Assembly: GCA_013239625.1 (NCBI GenBank)
Contig: MU053934.1
Coordinates: forward strand, 7,086,399 to 7,150,398
From: Lama guanicoe
Taxonomy: Eukaryota
DNA length: 64,000 bases
Direction of reading: 5' to 3'
Each line of letters begins with the position of its first letter. The stretch's first letter is position 1. A model generated the notes under the pieces. That model ran no database searches and had not been told where the DNA came from. It worked only from the letters and a program-made list of their open reading frames with translations. Shown here in pieces: positions 13,961-24,856 of this stretch. The translations under genes were made by a program, and so were the position numbers.

Positions 13961-14021
13961 ATGAACCCAGGACCCCATGCCTGCTAAGCATGGGCTCTGC
14001 CACTGAGCTATACCCACACCC
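13961..14021 (-). mobile_element. SINE head fragment
   Basis: gaacccaggacc...ccactgagctataccc. Confidence 0.7.
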
Positions 14022-14489
14022 TTACTTTGACTGTATTTCCAAGAGCTTCTTCTTGTTCTCTAATAGTGTTGTTTTATAGATTTCCATGCTTAACAGGTGC
14101 AGTATCTTTTCCTTCTTTCTGAGGATTCTAATCATAGTTGAAAAATTTTTTAATCTCCTGCATGATTTCTTGCCTCTACATTGCCCTGTTTATAACTGTT
14201 TTCTTGGTGTTCATTTTTCATATTATACTCATGCCTCAAGTGTCTGGTGAGCCTTAGCTGTCCACTTACATTTAAGAAAATAGCACCAAGTTGCTTGGAC
14301 ACGCTGCCCGTTGCTGGGGTTATTGGTTGTGGGAGTCACTGTGTGGTAGACCAGTTGGACTGTTTTAATGGGAGACCTGCTGATGCCAGTACCTGTGGGT
14401 CTTTTCTCTTAGGTCACTCAGATTTCCAGAGAAGGACATTACAGTGTCCTAGGTAGGGGACAGCAATCTAGGAGCCAAGGGGGAGGACC

Positions 14490-15121
14490 ATGGGTTTTAT
14501 GCAAGGTAAAATGGTCCCCAAAGATGTCCATGCCCCAATCCCTAGAACTTGTGAATATGCTATGTTACAAGACAAAAGCAACTCTGCAGGTGTAATTAGG
14601 GTTATGGACCTTAAAATGGGGAGAGAGATTTTCCTACATTACCCAGATAGGCCCGATCTAGTCACACGAGCCCTTACACGCAGAGGACTTTATCTGGCTG
14701 GAGGCAGGAGATACGCAGGAGATGTCAGAAAGAGTCCCAGTGTGAGAAGGATTTGATGCACTGTGGCTCTGAAGGAGGCGTTCTCTGCCGGGACTGGGGA
14801 GCCTCGAGTTGCTCAGGGCAGCCCCCGCTGACAGCCAGCAAGACAGCAGGGCCTCCGTAAGGAGCCCTCCCACACTGCTGGCGGGAATGTAAACTGGTGC
14901 AGCCACCATGGAGGACAGCATGGAGGTTCCTTAAAAAACTGAACAGAGTTACCATACGATCCAGCAATCCCACTGTTGGGCATATATCCACAGAAAACTC
15001 TGATGTGAAAAGATACATGCACCCCAATGTTCAAAGCAGCATTGCTTACAATAGCCAAGACATGGCAGCAACCTAAATGTCCATCCACAGATGACTGGAT
15101 AAAGAAGATATGGCACGCACG

Positions 15122-15152
<31 letters not shown>

Positions 15153-15770
15153 TAGAATATTACTCAGCCATAAAAATGAAACAATGCCATTTGCAGCAAC
15201 ATGGATGGACCTAGAGATTACCAGACTAAGTGAAGTAAGTCAGATAAAGACAATGATATCATATGGTATCATTCTATATGTAGAATCCAAAAAAAAAGGT
15301 ACAAATTTTATTTACAAAACAGAAATAGACTCATGGACATAGAAAACAAACTATGGTTACCAAAGGAGAAAAACGGAGAGAGGGATAAATTAGGAGTTTG
15401 AGATTAACATATACACACTACTATATATAAAATAAATAAACAAGGACCTACTATATAGCACAGGAAACTATATTCAATTTCTCGTAATAAGCTATAATGG
15501 AAAAGACCTAAAAAAATGTGTGTGTATATGTATAACTGAATAGCTTTGCTGTACATTTGAAAGTAATGTTGTAAATCAACTACACCTCAATAATTATAAT
15601 AAAAAAAAAAACCCTGGAGTCCTATAGGAGTCCTGTGGTCCTACAACCACAAGGAAGCCGATTCCACCAACAACCTAAATGAACCTGCAGGCAGACTCCT
15701 GCCCAGATCCTGCGGAGAGGAACGCAGCCCTGTTCAGCTGGCGTTAGGCCACCTCCAACATCCCTTTGAC
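14490..15770 (+). mobile_element. MLT1-type MaLR LTR split by an L1
   Basis: ggtccccaaagatgtcca..cccaatccctagaacttgtgaatatg; resumes after 15612 with gtcctacaaccacaaggaa. Confidence 0.75.
14860..15611 (+). mobile_element. L1 3' fragment inserted into an MLT1 LTR
   Basis: ccatacgatccagcaatcccact, gcagcaacatggatggacctagag, poly(A) tail. Confidence 0.85.
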
Positions 15771-15773
15771 CTA

Positions 15774-16232
15774 CATGGGGGACCAGAATATGCCACTTTG
15801 GCATAGGGAGTATCTTGAGCCGGAGGATCAACAGATGCAGAAGGATGTCCTCCTGGAGCCTCCCTCAACTGGCTAAAAGCGGAAACTTCTGAAAAGTGGG
15901 GCGGCGAATCCCCTCTCCCAGGGAAGTTTCACGGCCACAAAGACGGAATGTCCGCGTCGAGGTGGACCTACAACCTCACTCTGCCAGTTTCCCCTCCTAC
16001 GGCCTGTTACCCTTGAAAGCCCCTTTCCTTAGTCACTTCTCTAAGGACTTATTATTTTGCTGTTAAGCTGCTATAGAAGTCCTGGTCCTACCACAGGTGT
16101 CCCCAGTTCACATGTTAACACGCTTCTGTTTGTTTTTCTCTTGTTTATTTGCCTGTATTCAGTCTAATTTTACAGGGCTCTAGCCGGAGAACCCAGGAAG
16201 GTAGAATGAAAAAGAATTTTTCCTCCCCTACA
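15774..16232 (+). mobile_element. MER34-like LTR
   Basis: gaccagaatatgccac...tttttcctcccctaca. Confidence 0.65.
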
Positions 16233-18431
16233 CTTAACACACTGAAGCTAGAGCCATGCTTGGGTCTGTCAGAGCCTCGCCTCCAAAGCCTGAGGAACAT
16301 GGGAAGTGAGCAGGACAGAGGTCCATCTGAATGGTGATTGCGTTTGGGGAATGCAAGGGGCACAGGGAGCCTGCTGGGGTGCCGGACAGTGGTTACACGG
16401 GTGTGTGCTTGAGAGCACGTGGCAGGTGTGTCAGCGAGTGAGTGAGACTAGTGTAGCGAGGCCACATGGCAGCGGGAGGCCCCAGGCTGGTGCCCCTCGC
16501 CCCCACCAGGTACCGCATGGCTCTGTGCCTCTGCTGCTTCCTCCGTGAAGGGGCAGTGATGCCTCATCTGCCTGCGGTAGACAACCTGCCTCCCCCAAGG
16601 GTCCAGGGCCGCATGCCTACTGTGTGCTGCAGGCCCCACTACGCGCCTCATACACTTCCTGTGATTCCTTCCAGCGGCCGTGAGGTGGTGGGCACTGCTC
16701 TTCCCCCGATTTGGATGACAAAGCCATGAGATGATCATTGCCCCTCATAGCCTGTCCACCTCCGGAACCAGCTCTTAACTACCACCTGCGAGGCCTCCTT
16801 CCTGGCCGAGGGGCCCCTGGGGAAAAGCCCAGAGGAGAGACAGAGTCTGGCTGCCCTGGGGCCTGTGAGGGGCAGGGCTGGAGGAGCCCTGAGGGTCTGT
16901 GGGTCACTCTGAGGAGCTCAGGACTCGGGAGAGCAGAAGGAGCTGGTGGAGGGAGTCGGCTGGGAAGACAGGAGCTGCCTGTGCGTGTGAGCGGGCAGCT
17001 GAGGAGGGGCCCCCGGCTGCAGAGTCCCGGATGGAGACAACGGGGGCTCCAGTCAGGTGGAGGAAGTAGGGTTGGGGACACTCAGGAATTAGGTCTACAA
17101 ACCAATGTCTGCTTGCATATGGAAGGTGCGGGCAGTGGCAGGGCGGCCAGAGCAGCCGGGCAGGTGCCTGGCAGGTGCTGCCTTTCACCAAGGCCCCAGT
17201 GGTTTTTGGGGGACCAGGTGGGGAGGTGGGGGTGATGTGGGGAGGTGAGGGAGGAGGCTGCCTGCACATGTGGGGTTGCAGGGCCTTGTTTGAGGGAAGG
17301 GTGTCTGGAAATTCCCCAGGCCTAAACTCAGGCCAAGCCCTGGGTTCCTCCGCCCCAAGCCTGCCCTGGGCCACCTGTACCTATTGTGGGCACAGCCTCA
17401 AAGGAGGTCAGCGTCTATGCCTGCGGTGTGTGGTGCAGACTGGGGCCTGGCTAACCAGCTGACGGGAAGGTCAGAGGGTGCAAGAGAGGGACGGGGAGCT
17501 CTGGAGACCCAGACCATGTCTGGTGCAGGCGGCAGCGAGGGGACGGTGTCGGAGAGGAGTGTCATGGTGCTGAAAGTCAGCACCAAAGCCTAGGGGCGAG
17601 GCTGGGATACCAGCTGTCAGGGGGCCCATGACCCAGTGCCTCAGGCCTGGAGAGGGACCAGCACAGAGGGAGGGACGCCAGGGGAGGGAGCCTGTGTGGC
17701 CAGAGGGACCCTGGTGTCTCCGTCCATCTGTCCATCCGTTTGTCCGTACCAGGCCCACGGCTGGTGTTCCTGCCACTGTGCTCTTGTTTTTGGTGCAACA
17801 AATGACTTGCGCAAGTAGAACGATAAGAACTACAAATAGAGGGAAAGGGACCCGAAATGGAAGGGCCGGGAGAGCACAGGTGCCTTTGTAAATGGATCAC
17901 ACGACTCAGTGCAAACAGCGGTATCTGAGACGCATAAACACGGAGAGCAGAGCCATTTTCAGGTCTGGGAGGAAGGTCAGCGACCCCACATCCGAGAGCG
18001 GGAGCACCGCTGGGAGAGGGCTGAGGCCTCAGGGTCTGACCCTGGGAGGTCAGTCACCCCAAGTCCCAGTGGCAGACCCAGACCCCAAGGCCGGGCTTCC
18101 CGAGTCCTCTCGCCCCACTGCCACCACCCACCACGCGTCCCAGGAAGTTGTCACTCGTCTGCCCACCTTAGCAACCTGCTTTTTATGGCAATGGGCCTGT
18201 CGGGCTCTCGTGGGCAGGGAAAGGGTCATGAACAAACCAAAACGAGTGGAGGTGATAGATGGCTGGGAAATGTGCCTCAAATAGGGAGTGTGAGGGGTTA
18301 ATGGTGCTGGGCTCGGGTTCCACCCAGTTCCCGGTCTGGCGTCTTCTCCTGCCAATCCCGCACAGCGCCCTCCCCAGGGCGGGGTTGGGAAGATCAAGCT
18401 CCTTCATTCAAAGTGCGTTCTGGGGGCCTGC

Positions 18432-18441
18432 CAAGATGGCG
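18432..18441 (+). promoter_or_regulatory. YY1-type site at the L1 5' end (internal promoter)
   Basis: CAAGATGGCG about 10 nt after the element start, the usual position in mammalian L1. Confidence 0.65.
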
Positions 18442-19957
18442 AAGTAGGGAGACTCACAGCTCGCCCTCTCCCACAAATGCACCAAGAATTACATCTACAA
18501 ACCCACTGAATCGCACAGAACATCTACTGAACTCTGGCAGAGTGTCTCTCGCTTCGAAATACAGAAGGATTCTCACAAAATCCAGTAAGAGAAAAAAGAA
18601 AAAGTAAATTGGTGTGGGACCAGTCCTGAGGGGAGGGAGCAGCAAAGGGAGAAAGGCACCCTCACGCTGGGATGCCCCCTCTCCAGCTGGGAGGTCAGCA
18701 GGGACAGAAGCGGAGCTTCCGAGGCTCGAGGCTCGGACGAGACAGAGCTGAGGGAAGCTGGCCTAGTGGAGCCCTGTGATCCCCAGCCCTAGATGCAAGC
18801 TGGCAGGGACCAGCTGCTGGAGATGGTGAGGACCCCGGGCAGAGGGCTGCGGCCCACTGCACAGCGGCAGCCTCAGGGAGCTGGAGGGCGGTCTGAGCTC
18901 TGACGTGGGGTGTGTGCGGAACAGAACAGCCCTGGGCCCCCATAAAAAAGCACCAGGGCTGGTGTGCGTGGGGGGAGGGGTGCGCCACAGCCGTCTCCGC
19001 TTGGGCCGGTGTGGGTGTGTTCTCGCGAGAAGAGAGGTGGGACTTGGTCATAGCCATCACTGCTGCGTGGCTAAAAGCTGAGGCCATGCCTAGTGGCTCT
19101 GGAACTTCACAGGCAGGACAGATCTGTTTACAGCCCCAGGCGGAGAGGGCGGATTTGCTCTCTGGACCATTTGTGGACCGTTTGTGGACCCGTGCGCCGG
19201 GACAAACAGGCAGTGAGTGGAGTTCTGGCGCACAGCGGGGGTGAGTACGGTATTTACAACAGGCCTGCGCACCGCGCTGCACGCGGGGGCGGGAGGCGGG
19301 GCTGGGGTCTGCGCTGTCCCTGCTGGCGCACCACGGATTTAGGCGTGTGACTACACGCTCGCTAGGGCAGGCCCTAGCGCCTGTCATTGGCAGATCTGTG
19401 CTGGTGGTTCCTGGGGCCCAGAACCTGGGGGACACCAGAGTGGGAGGCCAACATTCCCACGCTAAGGCGGGGACAAATGCAGCGTCAATAAAGAGTACTT
19501 TCTAAGCCCACATAACACGTGACAGACAACACCAGAGGGCACTTCCCAGCGGATATCTCCAGCAGAGGTGCACTCCGCAACTCTTCTTCCCAGCTGAAGC
19601 GCTCCAACCCTGCCTACCACACACCACAGCTCAGAAATGGGTCTAGGAGCTTCTATTCCAGCAACAAGGGAGCAGACTGGGTCCTGTAAAGGCTGTGACA
19701 ACCACAGAACTAAAAAGGAGGCCAAACTCAACAACAGTCAGGGCAGGCTCTGATCACAACACCAGCCACACCCCCAATCAAAGAGGTAACAGCCGACAGA
19801 CGTGGCGACCAGCCACACTGAGAACAGCCCTCGCTACAAAACTATATGCACACAGTCTACACAGGAATGCTGCCACTTCAAATACAAAAAATAAAAGAGC
19901 CCCTCAAGACCACAGTAGGTGACTGACGCTCCTCAGAGCCAGAGAAATATAAGTAAC

Positions 19958-20838
19958 ATGAAGGAACAGAGGAACCTCTGCCAATTAAAAGAACAAGAGA
20001 AGTCCCCTGAAAGAACGAACAGTGAGATAGGCCTTGACAGTCTACTAGGTCATGACTTCAAAAAGGGGGTGATAAAAGCACTGAAGGAAATAAGAGAGAC
20101 TATGAATAGAGACAGAGAATACTATGAAAAGGAAATAGAAACTATAAAAAGGAGCCAATTAAAAACAGAAAACTCAATGGCTGAGTAAGAGCTGAGCTGA
20201 AAGCTGTCAAAAGCAGACCAAATAATGCAGAGGAACGAATACGTGACTTAGAAGACAGGATAACAGAACACACCCAATCAGAACAGCAGATAGAAAAGCA
20301 ACTAAAAACCAATGAAAGCAATATAAGGGACCTATGGGATAACATAAAGTGTGTCAACCTACACATAATAGGGGTCCCGGAAGGAGAAGAAAGAGCAAAG
20401 GGAATTGAAAAGGTATTTGAAGAACTCATGACTGAAAACTTTCTAAACCTAAAGAAGAAATCAGATATCCAAGTACAGGAAGAGGGTCCCAAACAGGAAG
20501 AACCCAAACAGACCTACATCAAGACATATTATAATTAAGATGCCCAAAGTTATGAAGATAAAGAAATGATTCTAAAGGCAGCAAGAGAAAAACAAAGAGT
20601 TACAAGGGGCCGTCATAAGGCTTTCAGCTGATTCTACACAAACACTGCAGACCAGAAGGGAGTGGCAAGATCTATCCAAAGTCCTGAATGAGAAAAAGCT
20701 GCAACCTAGGATACTGTATCCGGCAAGACTATCCTCTAGACTAGAAGGAGAGAGAAAGAATTTCACAGACAAGCAAAAACTAAAAGAATTTAGCAATACT
20801 AAACCTATCCTAAAGATGTACTGAAAGGTCTACTCTAA
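19958..20838 (+). pseudogene. L1 ORF1p remnant with frameshifts
   Basis: MKEQRNLCQLKEQEKSPERT..., then in other frames NNAEERIRDLEDR and NLHIIGVPEGEERAKGIEKVFEELMTENF, typical of ORF1p coiled-coil/RRM. Confidence 0.88.
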
Positions 20839-21743
20839 ATAGAAAAGAAGCAGGAAGTTATAGAAATGAGAAAACCATAATGGAAATGTGATAACTACAA
20901 TGAGTTGCAAGAGAATAAATATGAAGATGTGAAAAAAAAAAAAAAAGGGCATAAAAATAAAAGAAGGTGGGAGAGGAGAGAAAGAAAATACAGATTTTTT
21001 TCTTAATTTTTTTTTTCTTCATTCTTTTTAGGATGTGTTTGAGCCTACATGGCTACCAGTCTAAAGCAAACAGATATAGTAAGGCGTTAACATACTTGAA
21101 AAACAGGGTAACCACAATGAAAAGCATACAATAGAGTCATAAAACCCAAAAAGAAACCAAGCTAATACAAAAGAAAATTATCAAACCAGAAAAATACCAT
21201 ATGACATCACTTATATGTGGAATTAAAAAAAAAAGACCAACAAACTTATTTACAAAATAGAAACAGACTCACAGACATAGAAAACAAATTTATGGTTACC
21301 AGAGGGGGAAGGGGGTAGGAAGGGGTAAGTTGGGAGTTCGAGATTTGCAGATACTAATATACGTAAATTAGATGAACAACAAGTTCATACTGTATAGTAC
21401 AGAAAACTATATTCAATATCTTAACTTATAGTGAAAAAGAATATGAAAATGAGTATAAGTATGTTCATATATGACTGAAGCATTATGCTGTACATTAGAA
21501 ATTGACACAACATTGTAAACTGACATACTACGATAAAATATATATAAAATAAGAAAAAAAACCCCAAAATACCTTTAGGAACCTCTAGGTTAGTATGTAT
21601 TAGCCTCTGTCAACTATAAAGCCCTCCCTCCGTTAGGTGTTAATTACCAAGATTCAATACACATAATCCTAATTTTAGACTAAGGTTATTGGGAGTAAGG
21701 GGAGAGGCAATTTTTATCAAATTTACCTTGACTTCTTCAACAG

Positions 21744-22090
21744 AATTCCACCAAATACAAGACTTATTTTTGAAGTGGAATTAGTGGATATTGACAGAAA
21801 TAGTAATGCTTCAGCTCTAAAGACATCAGCAACAATAAAACATAGCCCTGAAGGAAACTTATGCGTCTAATTAGAGCTGGCTACTATTATAAGCGAAGAG
21901 TCAGCTGGAAAATTCAAGAAGTTAGAACTTGTTTACTTGATCCCTAACTTTTAAGAAGTATAATCTGTTACAAATTCTTGAAGTTTAAAATATTTTCCTG
22001 CAGCTGTGTAAACTATTGGCTAAAGAGAACTGATTTTCCTGTTACCTCGTGCTGTAAACTAAAAGGCTCAATAAAAATTTATCCAATAAA
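21744..22090 (+). pseudogene. FKBP3: FKBP3 (FKBP25) fragment: terminal exon + 3'UTR, preceded by intron-type acceptor
   Basis: ttcttcaacag|A then IPPNTRLIFEVELVDID (recalled FKBP3 C-terminus IPPNAKLTFEVELVDID*); AGA at the stop position (21796-21798); following ~290 nt resemble the recalled FKBP3 3'UTR through ggctcAATAAAaattt (22070-22075). Confidence 0.88.
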
Positions 22091-22547
22091 AAATAGTACT
22101 AAAAATTACCAATATAAGGATAAATGACAGAAAGGCGTCCTTGCTGGGAAGATGGGAGGTTTATGCTAAATAAATGCACTAGCTTGCAACATGTTGTATT
22201 ACTGCTTTGCAGATCAGAAGCGGTCAAAATGTTATAATTTCACATGGTTCAAACTAATGCATAACCATCAGATCCTTTATGAAAATGCTTTTCAAAAGTT
22301 GTTTTCTCTGAGTTAAAAAATAATACATTTGTACTGTAGAAAGTGTGGGGAAAGATGAAAATGACGAATGAATATAGTAAAGATCACTCATCCCTCAAAC
22401 CAGAGATGATCATAGTTAATATTTTGGTACATTTCTATCTACTTTTTCCTAAAATGTGTACATGGTATATTTTTCAAATATCTGAATCATGTTGTAAAGC
22501 GGTTTTATAGCTTTATTTTATCACTTATGAGTATGAACATTCCCTCT

Positions 22548-22825
22548 GAAATTGGAATCTGGGTTCAAATCCCAGTTCTACCATTCATTAGCTGTGTGAC
22601 ATCATGCCTGTTACTTCATCTCTGTGAGTCAGTTCCTTGGAAAACAGGGAAAGAAGTTTGAATTCTACTGCAAATTAAGGTGATTATTTAGGACATATTC
22701 TCCATCTGCTGGCTGTATATATATAGAGAGAGAGACAGAGACAGCGACAGAGACAGAGAGGGAGACAGAGAGTCACCACAGTTTCTGGCAGACAGTAAAT
22801 ACTTAATGTTAGCTATCACTAATAA
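22548..22825 (+). mobile_element. MIR relic inside the transduced segment
   Basis: ctgggttcaaatcccagttctacca...gctgtgtgac. Confidence 0.6.
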
Positions 22826-22865
22826 CTAGTATTTGGAAACATTTCAAGGCTACATTGTATTCTTT

Positions 22866-24856
22866 TTTTAAAGATTGAAGTACAGTCAATTACAATGTGT
22901 CAATTTCTGGTATACAGCACAATGTCCCAGTCATGCATATACATATGTTCATTTTCATATTCCTTTTTCTTAGATTATTACAAGATTTGAACATAGTTCC
23001 CTGTGCTATACAGAAGAAACTTTTAAAAAATCTATTTTTATATGTAATGGCTAGCATTTGTAAATCTCAAACTCCCAAATTTATCCCTTCCCACCCCTTT
23101 TCCCGGGTAACTGTAATATTGTGTACTATGTCTACCGTTTACTATGTCTTACTATTCTATTTTGTAGATGAATTCAGAGTGTCCTTTTTTTTTTTTAAGA
23201 TTCCACATATGAGTGATGCCATATGGTATTTTTATTTCTTTCTGGCTTACTTCACTTAGAAAGACAATTTCTAGGTCCATCCATGTTGCTGCAAATGGGA
23301 TTATTTTATTCTTTTTTATGACTGAGTAGTATTCCATTATATAAATATACCACATCTTCTTTATCCAGTCACCTATTGATGGACATTTAGGCTGTTTCCA
23401 TGTTTTGGCTATTGTAAATAGTGCTGTGCTGAACATTGGAGTGCAGGTGTCATCCTGAAGTAGATTTCCTTCTGGATACAAGCCCAGGAGTGGGATTCCT
23501 GGGTCATATGGTAAGTCTATTCCTAGTCTTTTGAGGAATCTCCACACTGTTTTCCATAGTGGCTGCACCAAACTGCATTCCCACCAGCAGTGTAGGAGGG
23601 TTCCCCTTTCTCCACAGCCTCTCCAGCATTTGTCATTTTTGGATTTTTGAATGACGGGCATTCTGACTGGTGTGAGGTGATACCTCATTGTAGTTTTGAT
23701 TTGCATTTCTCTGATATTTAGTGATATTGAGCATTTTTTCATGTGCTTTTTGATCATTTGTATGTCTTCCTTGGAGAATTGCTTGTTTAGGTCTTCTGCC
23801 CATTTTTGGATTGGGTTGTTTATTTTTTTCTTATTGAGTCGTATGAGCTGCTTATATATTTTGGAGATCAAGCCTTTGTCGGTTTCACTTGCAAAAATTT
23901 TCTCCCATTCCGTAGGTTTTCTTCTTGTTTTATTTCTGGTTTCCTTTGCTGTGCAGAAGCTTGTAAGTTTCATTAGGTCCCATTTGTTTATTCTTGCTTT
24001 TATTTCTTCTAGGAGAAAATTTTTGAAATGTATGTCAGATAATGTTTTGCCTATGTTTTCCTCTAGGAGGTTTATTGTATCTTGTCTTCCACAACTTCTT
24101 TATCCAGTCATCTGTCAATGCACATTTGGGTTGCATTCATGTCTTGGCTATTGTATATAGTGCTGCTATGAACATTGGGATTCATGTATCTTTTAAAATT
24201 AGAGTTCTCTCTGGATATATGCCCAGAAGTGGGATTGCTGGATCATATGGTAAGTCTATTTTTAGTTTTTTGAGGAATCTCCATGCTGTTTTCCATAATG
24301 GCTGCACCAAACTACATTCCTATCAACAGTGTAGGACGGTTCCCTTTTCTCCACACCCTCTCTAGCATTTATCATTCATGGGCTTTTGAATGATGGCCAT
24401 TCTGACTGGTGTGAGGTGATACCTCATTGTAGTTTTGATTTGCATTTCTCTGATAATCAGCGATACTGAACACTTTTTCATGTGCCTATTGGCCATTTGT
24501 ATGTCTTCACTGAAGGATTGCTTATTTAGGTCTTCTGCCCATTTTTGAATGGGGTTGTTTGTGTTTTTGTTATTAAGTTGTATGAGCTGTTTATATATTC
24601 CGGAAATTAAGCCTTTGTCAGTCGCACCATTTGCAAATATTTCTCCCATTCCATAGGTTGTCGTTTTGTTTTGCTTATGGTTTCCTTTGCTGTGCAAAAC
24701 CTTGTAAGTTTAATTAGGTCCCATTTGTTTATTTTTGCTCTTATTTCTGTTGCCTGGGTACACTGCCCTAGGAGAACATCGCTAAGATTTATGTCAGAGA
24801 ATGTTTTGCCTATGTTTTCTTCTAGGAGATTTATCATGTCTTGTCTTATAGTTAAG
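22866..24856 (-). mobile_element. 5'-truncated LINE-1 (3'UTR + two tandem ORF2 C-terminal segments) with TSD
   Basis: ORF 23152-23973 is the ORF2p C-terminus ([32 protein letters not shown]); TSD tcaaggctac....tattcttt at 22844-22865 and 24857-24878. Confidence 0.92.

Larger units (their letters stand above)
18421..21561 (+). mobile_element. LINE-1 with full GC-rich 5'UTR, decayed ORF1 and 3'UTR, lacking ORF2
   Basis: GGGGG..CAAGATGGCG start; ORF1p-like text; after the inter-ORF region it jumps at about 21190 to the L1 3' end (aaataccatatgacatcacttatatgtggaat); A-rich tail. Confidence 0.88.

Noticed and set aside
18695..19435. 246-aa antisense ORF in the L1 5'UTR (ORF0-like?)
   Set aside because: Starts at GTG, lies in GC-rich stop-poor sequence, and has no recognisable domain
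21570..22095. Ordinary processed FKBP3 pseudogene or functional paralogue
   Set aside because: No upstream exon is joined, an intron acceptor is retained, and only 17 recognisable codons are present
23152..23973. 273-aa ORF as a host gene
   Set aside because: It is the C-terminus of L1 ORF2p
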